From Deltaproteobacteria bacterium (GTDB taxonomy: Bacteria > UBA10199 > DSSB01 > JACPFA01), in NCBI GenBank assembly GCA_016183235.1, contig JACPFA010000026.1, forward strand, positions 33,284-97,283: a stretch of 64,000 nt of DNA, written 5' to 3'. The position numbers and the translations under genes are program-made. Positions 25,047 through 34,565 of this stretch are shown piece after piece. The notes below the pieces were generated by a model that was given only the letters and a program-made list of their open reading frames with translations, did no database searches and was not told the origin of the DNA. Numbering within the stretch: the stretch's first letter is position 1; each line of letters opens with the position of its first letter.

Positions 25047-25107
25047 CAACCCTTTTTTAAAATAACTGATAACTTGACTAGTTTGGGGTGGATTAAGGGG
25101 TAATAGG

Positions 25108-25860
25108 GTGTGGTTTGTTCCTAATCGAATTTTTGTTCTTACAGAGTGCGAGGACTACGGATCCAGGCGTTATCTCTATCAATGCAAAGATAGTGCTGGA
25201 GGAACGTATCCAGTGCAAATTGAAGGTTTTCCTGAGGAAGGGCAACCTCTTCCCATAGCCATTGTTGGACGGCGTGAAGAAGGAGAATCTCTACATACTC
25301 ATTATTATACACCTCAAGGTTTTGACAGGTTTCTAAAGAAACAGGTCATCCAACTGACGGATTCTAATCATCCCGATGCCAAGCCCCCATGGAAAAGGGC
25401 TTTTATTTTGTTCGGCCCCACTGCTTTTGAGACTCAAAAAGGCAAACATCGAGAAAATTTGGCCAACGGACTCCCTCTGGCCCTACAAATGCTGGATGTT
25501 GCACTTGAGGCACAGAGTGACTTGGTTGCCACTATGCTAACCTTTCAAACAACTCACTGTAAAAGGCCGGGAGAAAGCTGCAAGGTTGACTCGCTAGCTA
25601 TTGTCCGAAATCCAGCCAAAAATTCCACGGAATCAAACCCCTATAATAACATTGCTCTTTTATTTCACTTCATAGGATCCGATGAAATTCATATTCAAAC
25701 AGGAGTTGGTTCGTCGGATATGATTCCTAATCCAGAGCAAAATGCAGTTAAAATTTTCGAAGGGGCCAATACAAGGGCCATGATCGTGAGAGGGGACCAA
25801 GCAAGACAAATCTATCAAAAGCTGCAACAAAAAGGAATGCCATATACGATTTATCCCTAG
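25108..25860 (+). CDS. hypothetical protein
   Basis: 250 aa with a GTG start after AAGGGG. No recognisable motif. It shares its ~55-nt upstream leader with the 23779 gene. Confidence 0.5.
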   Translation: MWFVPNRIFVLTECEDYGSRRYLYQCKDSAGGTYPVQIEGFPEEGQPLPIAIVGRREEGESLHTHYYTPQGFDRFLKKQVIQLTDSNHPDAKPPWKRAFILFGPTAFETQKGKHRENLANGLPLALQMLDVALEAQSDLVATMLTFQTTHCKRPGESCKVDSLAIVRNPAKNSTESNPYNNIALLFHFIGSDEIHIQTGVGSSDMIPNPEQNAVKIFEGANTRAMIVRGDQARQIYQKLQQKGMPYTIYP

Positions 25861-25938
25861 TGAAAGGGTTACAGTGGAAGGAACCACTACTTGCAATCTT
25901 TCTAGAATAATAGTAAATTTAAATTAGATTTAAATTAT

Positions 25939-26208
25939 ATGAAATCGAACCTTAAACAAGACATTATCCCTGTAACGGAACTCATGCATCAGGCAGGAAG
26001 GGTTATCAAAAAAATTCGTCAAACTCGTAGGCCTATTTTAATTACTCAAAATGGCAGGGCCGCCATGGTTTGCCTGGACGTTCAAGAATATCAGGAACAA
26101 CTTAAACGGCTCGAAATGATTGATGCCATCCTCGCCGGCGAAACCGCATTTGCATGTGGTGATTTTTCAGAATGGAAAGATTTCGAAGTTCAACTCGATA
26201 AGATGTAA
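25939..26208 (+). CDS. Phd/YefM-family antitoxin
   Basis: 89 aa, IIPVTELMHQAGRVIKKIRQTRRPILITQNGRAAMVCLDVQEYQE. Its stop overlaps the next start by 1 nt. Confidence 0.8.
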   Translation: MKSNLKQDIIPVTELMHQAGRVIKKIRQTRRPILITQNGRAAMVCLDVQEYQEQLKRLEMIDAILAGETAFACGDFSEWKDFEVQLDKM

Positions 26209-26525
26209 TGAAAAGAAAAATCTTTCTCTCCAACCCTGCCCAAAAAGACATTGAGCGAATGATTCAGTACATTCGCCTCGACAAACCCATGGCTGCTGAG
26301 AAATTTAAAGTTCTCTTGAAAAACAAAATTAAATCTTTGGAAAATTTTGCTGAAAGAGGAAGAAAAGTTCCAGAACTTAAAGGAACTTTATTTGAGAATT
26401 ACCGCGAACTTATCATCACTCCTTGCCGCATTATTTATAAACTTCATTCAAAAGAAGTGCGAATTTTAAGAGTGTTACATTCAAAAAGAATCTTCTCCTT
26501 ATTTAGTACTCAAGGAATAACGTAG
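26208..26525 (+). CDS. ParE/RelE-family toxin
   Basis: 105 aa, LSNPAQKDIERMIQYIRLDKPMAAEKFKVLL...ELIITPCRIIYKLHSKEVRILRVLHSKR, the ParE plasmid-stabilisation pattern. Confidence 0.8.
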   Translation: MKRKIFLSNPAQKDIERMIQYIRLDKPMAAEKFKVLLKNKIKSLENFAERGRKVPELKGTLFENYRELIITPCRIIYKLHSKEVRILRVLHSKRIFSLFSTQGIT

Positions 26526-27166
26526 AACTTAATCGCAAAGTAATGACAGGCACTGCCGGCTAGCACGAAGACGTGCCAAACGGTGTGGCCATAAGGGAGG
26601 CGTTTGAGGGAATAAATGCCGGCCCCCACGGTATAAAAAAGCCCGCCCCATAAGAGCCATTTTAGCCCAGCGGCGGGGAACATTTGCAACAGGGGCTTGA
26701 GGGCGACAACGATGATCCAACCCATCAACACGTACAAGAGGGTTGATAACCATGAAAATCGCTTGCGTAATAAAGTCTTAAAAAGAATGCCGACGATGGC
26801 AATGCCCCACACCACACCAAAGATCGACCAACCCCAGGGCCCACGTAAGCTTACTAAGGTCAACGGTGTGTAGGTGCCAGCAATTAAAATAAAAATGGCC
26901 GAATGTTCGATGACGCGAAAGACAAACTTGGCCCGAGGGTTGGTGAGGCTGTGATAGAGTGTTGACGCGGCATACATGAAAACCAGGGTTGCGGCATAAA
27001 TGCTGCAACTCACAATGTGCCACGCATTGCCAAATTGAGCGGCTTCAACCACCAACACAATCAGCCCCACGATGGCTAATAACCAGCCAATACCGTGGGT
27101 GATGCTGTTGGCAATTTCTTCCCCTAATTTGCGAGGAGGAAGTTCATAGGTTTTGCACGAGTTCAC
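26510..27166 (-). CDS. hemolysin III / PAQR-family membrane protein
   Basis: 218 aa with 7 hydrophobic segments and motifs EEIANSITHGIG, STLYHS and HTVWHVFVLAGSACH, typical of the HlyIII/YplQ family. Confidence 0.85.
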   Translation of the reverse strand: MNSCKTYELPPRKLGEEIANSITHGIGWLLAIVGLIVLVVEAAQFGNAWHIVSCSIYAATLVFMYAASTLYHSLTNPRAKFVFRVIEHSAIFILIAGTYTPLTLVSLRGPWGWSIFGVVWGIAIVGILFKTLLRKRFSWLSTLLYVLMGWIIVVALKPLLQMFPAAGLKWLLWGGLFYTVGAGIYSLKRLPYGHTVWHVFVLAGSACHYFAIKFYVIP

Positions 27167-27819
27167 TGAACGAATTCCTCTTCTTGCTCGTTTTGAGCTG
27201 ATTTTATTTTTTTAAAAGTGCCTTTGGTGGGAATTTTTTTAGGGTTATAGTATTGCTTGTATTGATTGGGGAAATTTTCAGGCACCTCAACTTCGGCCGG
27301 GGCTTGTTGGTGCCGAGGATCATCTTCGGCAATTGAAACAATATCAAAATTTTCACCCAACCCTGAGTTATAAAAACTCACCGAACGAAACGCCTCTAAA
27401 TCGGTATCTTCGGGAAAAAATACATCAAAGGTTTCGGTATAGCCCACGGATATGCCACTGGGATAGTCGATCAATTTTTTGACCTGGGCAGGCAACATGG
27501 CAAACACCCGAGGGTCTTGAATGCGAACACTATTGGTGGCCTTGTGTTTGCGACCATTGGCATCTTCAATAACCCAGCGGTCTTTGAGCGGGTTGAGTTT
27601 TAAGACCTCGAAGGAATTATTGGTTAACGCAATGGTAATAACTTTATAGCCAGGGATTAAATTATCTAACCGAGGGTCATAGTTGGCATCGATGGTGAGC
27701 CCTTTTTTGGGAACTTTTAAACCAACGGCCGAAACGTTTTTATTCACCCCAGATTGCCGTGCTGAAAAACAGGCCGTGAAGATTAAAAAAAGAGTTAGGA
27801 TTAGAAATAATTTCTTCAT
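27163..27819 (-). CDS. lipoprotein, function unknown
   Basis: 218 aa. MKKLFLILTLFLIFTACFS has a lipobox (FTAC). It overlaps hlyIII by 4 nt. Confidence 0.65.
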   Translation of the reverse strand: MKKLFLILTLFLIFTACFSARQSGVNKNVSAVGLKVPKKGLTIDANYDPRLDNLIPGYKVITIALTNNSFEVLKLNPLKDRWVIEDANGRKHKATNSVRIQDPRVFAMLPAQVKKLIDYPSGISVGYTETFDVFFPEDTDLEAFRSVSFYNSGLGENFDIVSIAEDDPRHQQAPAEVEVPENFPNQYKQYYNPKKIPTKGTFKKIKSAQNEQEEEFVQ

Positions 27820-27868
27820 AGTATTGCATGACAGATCTCCCCTTCATAGATTACAAGGGGAAGGCATG

Positions 27869-28858
27869 TCAAGATCCGTTGGAATTTACGGGTGGAATCT
27901 CTCGGGCCAAATGGCAGGCCACCCACTTGCCAGGTTCAAAGGTTTCTAAGCCGGGCCGTGTGTTTTTGCAAAGGTCTTGGACATACTGACAGCGTTTGTG
28001 AAAAACGCAACCCTCCGGAAGATTGATGGGCGAAGGCACCTCACCGCCCAATAATTTAGGGGGTTTACGCTCCACCGAAACCTCCATCACACTACCCAAC
28101 AGGGCCTGCGTATAAGGATGACGGCATTGAAAAAGCTGATCGGCAGGCAGGGTTTCTACCACGTGGCCCAAATACATCACCGCAATTTCGTCGCTGATAT
28201 GCCGCACCACTTTAATATCGTGGGCAATAAAAATATAGGTGAGGTTCATCTCTTGCTGCAGCTCTTTTAAAAGATTAATAATTTGGGCTTGAATTGAAAC
28301 ATCGAGCGCGCTCACCGGCTCGTCGGCCACGACTAATTGCGGATGCAACATGAGGGCACGGGCAATGCCAATGCGTTGGCGCTGGCCGCCGGAAAATTCG
28401 TGGGGATATTTGCTACGGGCGTTGTGCGGCAGCCCCACTCGGTCGAGCATGGCCTCCACTTGTTTTTGCCGTTCTGGATAATCCCCAATTTTTTGCACGA
28501 TGAGGGGTTCTTCTAAAATGTCCCCCACTCGCATCCGGGGATTGAGTGAAGAATAAGGGTCTTGAAAAATCATTTGAAAATGCCGGCGCAAGGGCCGCAA
28601 TTGCCCCTCGGTAAGATCGGTAAGGTTGGTGCTGTCAAAATAAATTTTGCCTTGGCTTGGGTTAATCAGGCGCATGATCATGCGCCCCAGCGTGGTTTTG
28701 CCACAGCCCGACTCGCCAACAAGACCCAAAGTCTTGCCCTTTTGCAAGGTAAAACTCACCCCATTGACCGCTTGCACTTGGCCAACGGTGCGGCCCAGAA
28801 ATCCCTTGCGGATGGGAAAATGTTTCACTAAATTGTCAACTTTAAGAAGTTCAGTCAT
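27869..28858 (-). CDS. oligopeptide/dipeptide ABC transporter ATP-binding protein (OppF/DppF type)
   Basis: 329 aa with Walker [10 protein letters not shown], signature FSGGQRQR, Walker B LVVADEP and the C-terminal oligopeptide-type extension. Confidence 0.9.
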   Translation of the reverse strand: MTELLKVDNLVKHFPIRKGFLGRTVGQVQAVNGVSFTLQKGKTLGLVGESGCGKTTLGRMIMRLINPSQGKIYFDSTNLTDLTEGQLRPLRRHFQMIFQDPYSSLNPRMRVGDILEEPLIVQKIGDYPERQKQVEAMLDRVGLPHNARSKYPHEFSGGQRQRIGIARALMLHPQLVVADEPVSALDVSIQAQIINLLKELQQEMNLTYIFIAHDIKVVRHISDEIAVMYLGHVVETLPADQLFQCRHPYTQALLGSVMEVSVERKPPKLLGGEVPSPINLPEGCVFHKRCQYVQDLCKNTRPGLETFEPGKWVACHLAREIPPVNSNGS

Positions 28859-29125
28859 AATTTCATATCATTACAAAGCACATGTTTTCTGTCATTGCGA
28901 ACGATGTCATCCCCGCGAAGTATGCCCTCGACCCCGATCGGGGGGCGGGGACCCATGATACCGAGCGTGGCAATCCGACCAAAGGTCGTCCTGAGGCTTT
29001 AGCCGAAGGATCTCTTACAAACGAAGAGATCCCTCGCAAAACCTCGGGACAATGCTTCGCATTGGATTGCTTCACCCTGCTGGGTTCGCAATGACAGAGA
29101 ATAAAAGGCTCGCAATGACAAAAGA
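28859..29125. repeat. 267-bp mosaic of A-, GC-hairpin- and C-type repeat modules between two ATPase genes
   Basis: It contains ctgtcattgcgaac, gtcatccccgcg...cggggacccatgat, cgagcgtggcaatcc, the C module gtcctgaggctttagccgaaggatctcttacaaacgaagagatccctcgcaaaacctcgggac, and two tcgcaatgaca termini. Confidence 0.9.
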
Positions 29126-30127
29126 TTAATAATTCAGACATCGTAAATTCTGCCCTTCTCCTACGTACTTTTCGCTTGGCACTTTTAAGTGACAAGCCGC
29201 GCTCACATTAAAGCAGCGGTCGGCAAAACGACAGCCCTCTGGTAATTCTGCCAAATCAGGGACCTTGCCAGGAATTGACGCAAGAGTTCCGGTTTTTTGA
29301 CGCAAGGTGGGGATGGAATGCAGTAGCCCTAGCGTGTAGGGATGTTTGGGTAAACTAAGTAGCCGCCCTACGGGAGCCTGCTCCACCACCATGCCGGCGT
29401 ACATCACCAACACTTCATCACAAATTTGCGAAACCACCCCTAAATCGTGGGTGATGAGGATGACCGCCATGCCCATCTCGGCAACCAATTCACGAATTAA
29501 TTGTAAAATTTGCGCTTGCACCGTTACATCCAGCGCGGTGGTGGGTTCATCGGCAATTAAAATATCGGGGTGGCAAGACAAGGCCATGGCGATCATCACC
29601 CGTTGCCGCATGCCACCGCTCATTTGGTGAGGGTAGTCATCAATGCGACGTTCGGGGTCAGGGATTTTAACCTTGGTTAACATTTCAATCGCCAACTCGC
29701 GGGCCCGCCCTTTATTGACCTTTTGATGCAAAATAATGGCCTCCATAATTTGTTGGCCCACCGTATAAACCGGGTTGAGGCTGGTCATGGGTTCTTGAAA
29801 GATCATGGCGATCTTGGCCCCTCGCACCTCGCACATTTTTTCTTCGTTGAGTTTCAATAAATCAACCGGCAAGGCAGGCTGCTCTTCTTGGCTGGTAAAT
29901 AAAAAGACTTCTCCAGATTCAATCTTACCCGGGGCATCAACCAGCCGCATTAAAGATAAACTAGTGACCGTCTTGCCACAGCCCGATTCGCCCACAATCC
30001 CCAAAATCTGCCCCCGCCGTAGGTCAAAACTCACGTGGTCGACCGCCACGAGTTTTTTGCCTTTAAGCGTAAAGGTCGTAACCAGGTCTTTGACTTTTAA
30101 CAATAATGGATCCGCAGCTTTTTTCAT
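29126..30127 (-). CDS. oligopeptide/dipeptide ABC transporter ATP-binding protein (OppD/DppD type)
   Basis: 333 aa with Walker [10 protein letters not shown], signature MSGGMRQR and Walker B ILIADEP. Confidence 0.9.
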   Translation of the reverse strand: MKKAADPLLLKVKDLVTTFTLKGKKLVAVDHVSFDLRRGQILGIVGESGCGKTVTSLSLMRLVDAPGKIESGEVFLFTSQEEQPALPVDLLKLNEEKMCEVRGAKIAMIFQEPMTSLNPVYTVGQQIMEAIILHQKVNKGRARELAIEMLTKVKIPDPERRIDDYPHQMSGGMRQRVMIAMALSCHPDILIADEPTTALDVTVQAQILQLIRELVAEMGMAVILITHDLGVVSQICDEVLVMYAGMVVEQAPVGRLLSLPKHPYTLGLLHSIPTLRQKTGTLASIPGKVPDLAELPEGCRFADRCFNVSAACHLKVPSEKYVGEGQNLRCLNY

Positions 30128-31158
30128 TCTACACTCTTGAGTTTTGGATCAATGGCGTCACGCAACCCCTCTCCCACCAAATTAAACGCCGTGATCGTCA
30201 AAAAGATAGCTATACCCGGAAATAATGTTAACCACCAAGCGATATCGATAAAATCACTGGCCTGCGAAAGGATATCGCCCCAACTGGGGGTGGGCGGCTG
30301 CACTCCAAAGCCAATAAACGAAAGGCTCGATTCCACCAAAATGGCACTGGCCACCCCAAAAGTGGCTGACACAAATACCGGCGCTAAAGCGTTGGGCAAG
30401 AGGTGTTTGCGCATGATGCGAAAGACCCCCATACCCTGCGCTCGACAGGCCACGATAAAATCTTGATGACGCAGTTTTAAAAATTCCCCCCGAATGAGCC
30501 GGGCAATACCGGTCCAGCCGGTTAGGCCAATGACGATCATGATATTATAAATAGAGCCTCCCACGAGAGTGATGATCGTGATGATTAAGAAAAATGTTGG
30601 AAAACAAATCATTACCTCAATGACGCGAGAGAGAATCCAATCCATTTTGCCACCAAAATAGCCAGCCAGCGCCCCGAAGAAAACCCCAATCAAGGTATAA
30701 ATCGACACCGCCACGAAACCGACGGACAATGAGATGCGACTACCATGAATCATGCGGCTTAAAATGTCGCGGCCTTGTTCGTCGGTGCCTAACCAATGCG
30801 CCGAACTTGGGGCTAAGAGACTTGCGTCAAGATCATAATCGCCTGGTGAATAAGGCACGGGGGCAAAATAGGCCCAACCGGTTTCTTCCATCATCGTTTG
30901 CCAGGTATCGTCATCGATTTGAGGATAAAGTTTGAGATACGAAAAGGGCCAGAGGTTTTGCAAAACAGGGAAATAAGTGCTGCCCTCATGACGCAACAAC
31001 AAAGGCCGGCCATTGGCCAAGAAAGGGGCAGACAAAGCCATGAGGGCAAGCAGAATCACGATACATAGGCCCAAGCGATTAAGCCAACTGACTTTAAATT
31101 GTCGCCATACCATTTGGCGGTAACTCAAGACTTTTTCCATATTAATTTCTTCCATCAT
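30124..31158 (-). CDS. peptide ABC transporter permease (OppC/DppC type)
   Basis: BPD-transport permease with an EAA-like loop (AQGMGVFRIMRKHLLPNA). The start is taken at ATG 31158 (MMEEINMEK). The track's TTG start at 31266 would translate a repeat unit. Confidence 0.85.
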   Translation of the reverse strand: MMEEINMEKVLSYRQMVWRQFKVSWLNRLGLCIVILLALMALSAPFLANGRPLLLRHEGSTYFPVLQNLWPFSYLKLYPQIDDDTWQTMMEETGWAYFAPVPYSPGDYDLDASLLAPSSAHWLGTDEQGRDILSRMIHGSRISLSVGFVAVSIYTLIGVFFGALAGYFGGKMDWILSRVIEVMICFPTFFLIITIITLVGGSIYNIMIVIGLTGWTGIARLIRGEFLKLRHQDFIVACRAQGMGVFRIMRKHLLPNALAPVFVSATFGVASAILVESSLSFIGFGVQPPTPSWGDILSQASDFIDIAWWLTLFPGIAIFLTITAFNLVGEGLRDAIDPKLKSVE

Positions 31159-31252
31159 GGATCCCGGGCCTGCCCCGGACTTGGATCCGGGGTCAAGCCC
31201 GGGATGACGGGGGCACATCAATCCGGATCTAGCCCGGGATCCATAAATGACA
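31159..31252. repeat. two GC-hairpin repeat units between the permease genes
   Basis: catggatcccgggcctgccccggacttggatccggggtcaagcccgggatgacggggg...ggatctagcccgggatccataaatgac. Confidence 0.85.
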
Positions 31253-32332
31253 TCATAATTTTTCAAACGTAATGCGCGGATCGGCCCACTTGTAGGCTAG
31301 ATCCGCTAAAAATAAACTAATTAAGGTTAACCCTGCTGAAATCGTCGCAATCCCCATAATGGTGGTATAATCGCGCGCCTTCAGTGATTCAAAACTTAAC
31401 AACCCCATGCCGGGAATATTAAAAATCTCTTCAATGATCACCGAGCCACCCAACAATTCAGGCAACAGGGTACCAATGAGCGTGATGAGTGGAATCATGG
31501 CATTGCGTAAACCATGGCGCCAAATCACCACCCCTGGGCTAAGCCCCTTGGCCCGCGCGGTGCGCACATAGTCTTGGCCTAGCACCTCGAGCATATTGGC
31601 ACGCGTAAAGCGGCTCAAAAAAGCAAAACTGCCATACACCATCACCACAACCGGCAAAACCAGGTGCCATACAATGTTGCCCGCCTTAGCGTACCAAGCT
31701 GCGGTGTCCATGCCATCGGACAAAAAGCCCCCTAAAGGGAACCATGAAAAATGTTCGCCCCCGGCAAAATACATGAGCAACAAAATAGCGATCCAAAAGC
31801 TGGGCAAACTGTAAAGGACAAACATCCCCACCATCATGATTTTATCTTTGAGGGTGTTGCGATTTAGAGCCGAATAAACCCCCAACAGCACCGACACTGT
31901 ATAAACAATGATGATATCTAAAATGTTGAGAGTTAAAGTCACGGGCAAGGCTTCGCGGATTTTATCAAGCACGGGGCGACGATCGGGTTTAAGCGAACGC
32001 CCAAAGTCAAACACGGCAATACGAAGGAACCACTTGCGATACTGAATGGCATTTTCACCAAACCAACGCCCGGCTTTGGCTAACCATTGGGGTTTTAGGT
32101 TTTTGATGAGTCGATCGTAGTGGGTGGGCAATGGCGTATCTAAGCCATATTGCCGACGCATCATTTTAATGACCTCAGGTGAAACTTCTTCGCTTTTAGC
32201 CAACCCTTCTAAATTGAGTTTCATGGTAATGGGATCGCCCGGGGCTAGCTTGATCATGAAAAATGTAACCAGCGTAATGCCCAGCATGGTGGGAATCATG
32301 AGTAACAGGCGTTTGAAGATATAGTTTAACAT
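31253..32332 (-). CDS. peptide ABC transporter permease (OppB/DppB type)
   Basis: 359 aa with an N-terminus MLNYIFKRLLLMIPTMLGITLVTFFMIKLAPGDP and the motif ARAKGLSPGVVIWRHGLRNA. Confidence 0.9.
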   Translation of the reverse strand: MLNYIFKRLLLMIPTMLGITLVTFFMIKLAPGDPITMKLNLEGLAKSEEVSPEVIKMMRRQYGLDTPLPTHYDRLIKNLKPQWLAKAGRWFGENAIQYRKWFLRIAVFDFGRSLKPDRRPVLDKIREALPVTLTLNILDIIIVYTVSVLLGVYSALNRNTLKDKIMMVGMFVLYSLPSFWIAILLLMYFAGGEHFSWFPLGGFLSDGMDTAAWYAKAGNIVWHLVLPVVVMVYGSFAFLSRFTRANMLEVLGQDYVRTARAKGLSPGVVIWRHGLRNAMIPLITLIGTLLPELLGGSVIIEEIFNIPGMGLLSFESLKARDYTTIMGIATISAGLTLISLFLADLAYKWADPRITFEKL

Positions 32333-32338
32333 AGTTGT

Positions 32339-34003
32339 TTATGGCGCGGCCTTGACTGTCCATTCTAAGGGGTCAAGGCCACCGCGATAGAGCTGTACGT
32401 TGCTAAACCGTTTATCAAGGGCTACCAAACTCATGGTAGCATACAAAAATGTGTAAGGCTGTTCATCATAAATAATGCGATGGATGCGTTTAAGCAACAA
32501 GTCGCGCTCGGCCTGATCAAAGGTCACTCGCACTTGTTCGATGAGGCTGTCGGCCTCGGCATTTTGAAAACTGACAAAATTATGCCCTTCTTTAATTTGA
32601 GAAGAATGCCAAATTTGGTAAGGATCGGGGTCAAAACTGCCACTCCAGCCTAAAGACACTGCATCAAAATCACGTTGGTTGACTTTTTGTAAAAACACTG
32701 ACCATTCTATCCGACTTAAAGTTACATCGATCCCCACCCGTGCCATGTTATTTTTCATGATGCTCCCCAGCCGTTCATAAAAACGAGCCCCGGCGGGAAA
32801 AAGGAATGTAAAGCGAAAGGGCTTTCCATCTTTGTCAATAACGCCATCGCCGTCATGATCTTCCCAACCCGCCGCTTTCAACAATTGTTTGGCCGAAGCG
32901 GGGTTAAACTCGATGGGGGGCAAACTATGGTCATAACCATAAACTTGTGGCGAAAAGGGGCCAGTGGAAGCTTCGCCCAAATTAAATTCGAGTTTTTCAA
33001 CGATCTCTTTTTGATTAATTAAGTGCGACAAGGCCTTGCGCACGCTTGCATCTTTAAACCAAGGGCGCTTGGCATTCCACCCAATGTAACGATAGCCTAA
33101 ACTTGAATATTGAAAACGGTAAAACTTCTTTTGAAATTTTTCAGATTGAGTTTGTTTAACCCACTGAATGGGCCTTAAACCAGCCTGGTCTAAATCGCCT
33201 TTTTTGAGCATTTGCAAGGCGACCGTATCGTTCGATACAATTTTAAAATAAATCCGCTTAATCTCGGGGGTGTGTTGTTTGTCCCAATAATTGGGATTGG
33301 CCTCTAAAACAATGGCCGCCCCCGATTCCCACTTTTTGAAAACATAAGGACCTGACCCCACCGGATGGCGATTGATTGCCGCCGTGTTAAAATCGTAGCT
33401 GTCGTCTTTGACTAACTGCCTAACCCAAGAATGTTCGGAAAAACTTTTGAGTTGGTTGTCGGCCGAACCATATAAATGACGAGGTAAAATGGGCATGCCC
33501 CCAATAAATTCCAAGGCTCGGAAATAGGGCCGAGCATAGGTAAATTTAACCGTGTGGGCATCGAGCTTTTCAACCGACTTTATGTCTTGATAATAATTGC
33601 GTAAGTGCGCGGCATTTACCTTGGGGTCTCGAATGCGGTCATAACTAAACAAAATATCATCGGCCGTTAAAGCTTGGCCATCGTGCCAGGTCACATCTTT
33701 GCGCAAATGAAAGATGTATTCTAAATGATCATCGCTCACCTCCCAACGCCAGGCAATTTTGGGAACAAACTCTAGGGTTTTATTGTCGCGAATAATCAAA
33801 TAATCAAAAATGAAATTATCGACCCTACTTTCATAAACATCTTGCCCCAAGATGGGGTTGAGCACATCGGGCTCGCCGCCCATATGATCGATCAAGGTGT
33901 AAGGATCTTTGGGTGGCTGCCAACTTGAGCAACTAAGCATCAATGTCATCCCCGCGAAGGCGGGGATCCATGATAGTAAAGCAATCTTCAACCTTAGTTT
34001 CAC
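32339..34003 (-). CDS. ABC transporter substrate-binding lipoprotein, family 5 (OppA/DppA type)
   Basis: 554 aa with family-5 SBP features. The signal peptide MKLRLKIALLSWIPAFAGMTLMLSC has its hydrophobic core (33939-33990) encoded by a GC-hairpin repeat unit. Confidence 0.85.
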   Translation of the reverse strand: MKLRLKIALLSWIPAFAGMTLMLSCSSWQPPKDPYTLIDHMGGEPDVLNPILGQDVYESRVDNFIFDYLIIRDNKTLEFVPKIAWRWEVSDDHLEYIFHLRKDVTWHDGQALTADDILFSYDRIRDPKVNAAHLRNYYQDIKSVEKLDAHTVKFTYARPYFRALEFIGGMPILPRHLYGSADNQLKSFSEHSWVRQLVKDDSYDFNTAAINRHPVGSGPYVFKKWESGAAIVLEANPNYWDKQHTPEIKRIYFKIVSNDTVALQMLKKGDLDQAGLRPIQWVKQTQSEKFQKKFYRFQYSSLGYRYIGWNAKRPWFKDASVRKALSHLINQKEIVEKLEFNLGEASTGPFSPQVYGYDHSLPPIEFNPASAKQLLKAAGWEDHDGDGVIDKDGKPFRFTFLFPAGARFYERLGSIMKNNMARVGIDVTLSRIEWSVFLQKVNQRDFDAVSLGWSGSFDPDPYQIWHSSQIKEGHNFVSFQNAEADSLIEQVRVTFDQAERDLLLKRIHRIIYDEQPYTFLYATMSLVALDKRFSNVQLYRGGLDPLEWTVKAAP

Positions 34004-34383
34004 TTGTCACACTCCCATGATTGAAAATAAAAATGAAGTTGCACCTTCGGCCGTTTGAGCTTAAGCAACATGGAGTTTCCAGAAGATTGCCTCAAGAATA
34101 GATCCACCCATTCTTTGCGTTTTAATTTAAAACCAAAAATTTTTTTGAACTGCTTTTCATCGCCTTCAAACTGATAAAGAGTTTGGCCAAAATCGTCGAG
34201 CATTTCAAAGCGGATTTGATCGGGGGCCTGGGCTTCGATAACTAAATCAAAATGCAGCTTTTTCTTTTTCGCTTCTAAATCAACTTGGGCCACGGCCTTA
34301 ACGCCAAGACAGGCCACTGCGGGATCATCGCCCCAGGCGACCCCTGGCCAAACCAAGATCAAAGCTAATAAAAAACATGTCAT
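34000..34383 (-). CDS. small exported protein, function unknown
   Basis: The start is taken at ATG 34383 (MTCFLLALILVWPGVAWG/DD, a signal peptide). The upstream 62 codons of the track ORF are repeat sequence. It overlaps the SBP gene by 4 nt. Confidence 0.55.
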   Translation of the reverse strand: MTCFLLALILVWPGVAWGDDPAVACLGVKAVAQVDLEAKKKKLHFDLVIEAQAPDQIRFEMLDDFGQTLYQFEGDEKQFKKIFGFKLKRKEWVDLFLRQSSGNSMLLKLKRPKVQLHFYFQSWECDK

Positions 34384-34565
34384 TGCGCGGAACTCTGTCA
34401 TTGCGAACCCAGGGGACTCTCTGTCATTGCGAGCCCAACGGGCGTGGCAATCCCACCGGTTAGACGCAGAGAGATTGCTTCGCCCTGCTGGGCTCGCAAT
34501 GACAGAGAATTCCCTTGGCTCGCAATGACAGAGAATTCCCTTGGTTCGCAATGACAGAATAAAGC
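34384..34565. repeat. array of gtcattgcga / tcgcaatgac units, including a 26-bp tandem repeat
   Basis: Three forward and three reverse termini. ctcgcaatgacagagaattcccttgg is repeated in direct tandem with no spacers. Confidence 0.9.

Noticed and set aside
23713-25096. Integron-style gene cassettes with the shared 55-mer acting as an attC site
   Set aside because: There is no intI integrase, and the 55-mer lacks the imperfect inverted core sites (R''/L''-L'/R') of attC. It lies 5' rather than 3' of the ORFs, so it is kept only as a shared leader.
34384-34565. CRISPR-like look of regularly spaced gtcattgcga / tcgcaatgac units and a 26-bp direct tandem repeat
   Set aside because: The repeats are directly abutting or irregularly spaced, with no unique spacers of constant length. 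The units are the same palindromic termini found all over the window, and no cas genes are present.
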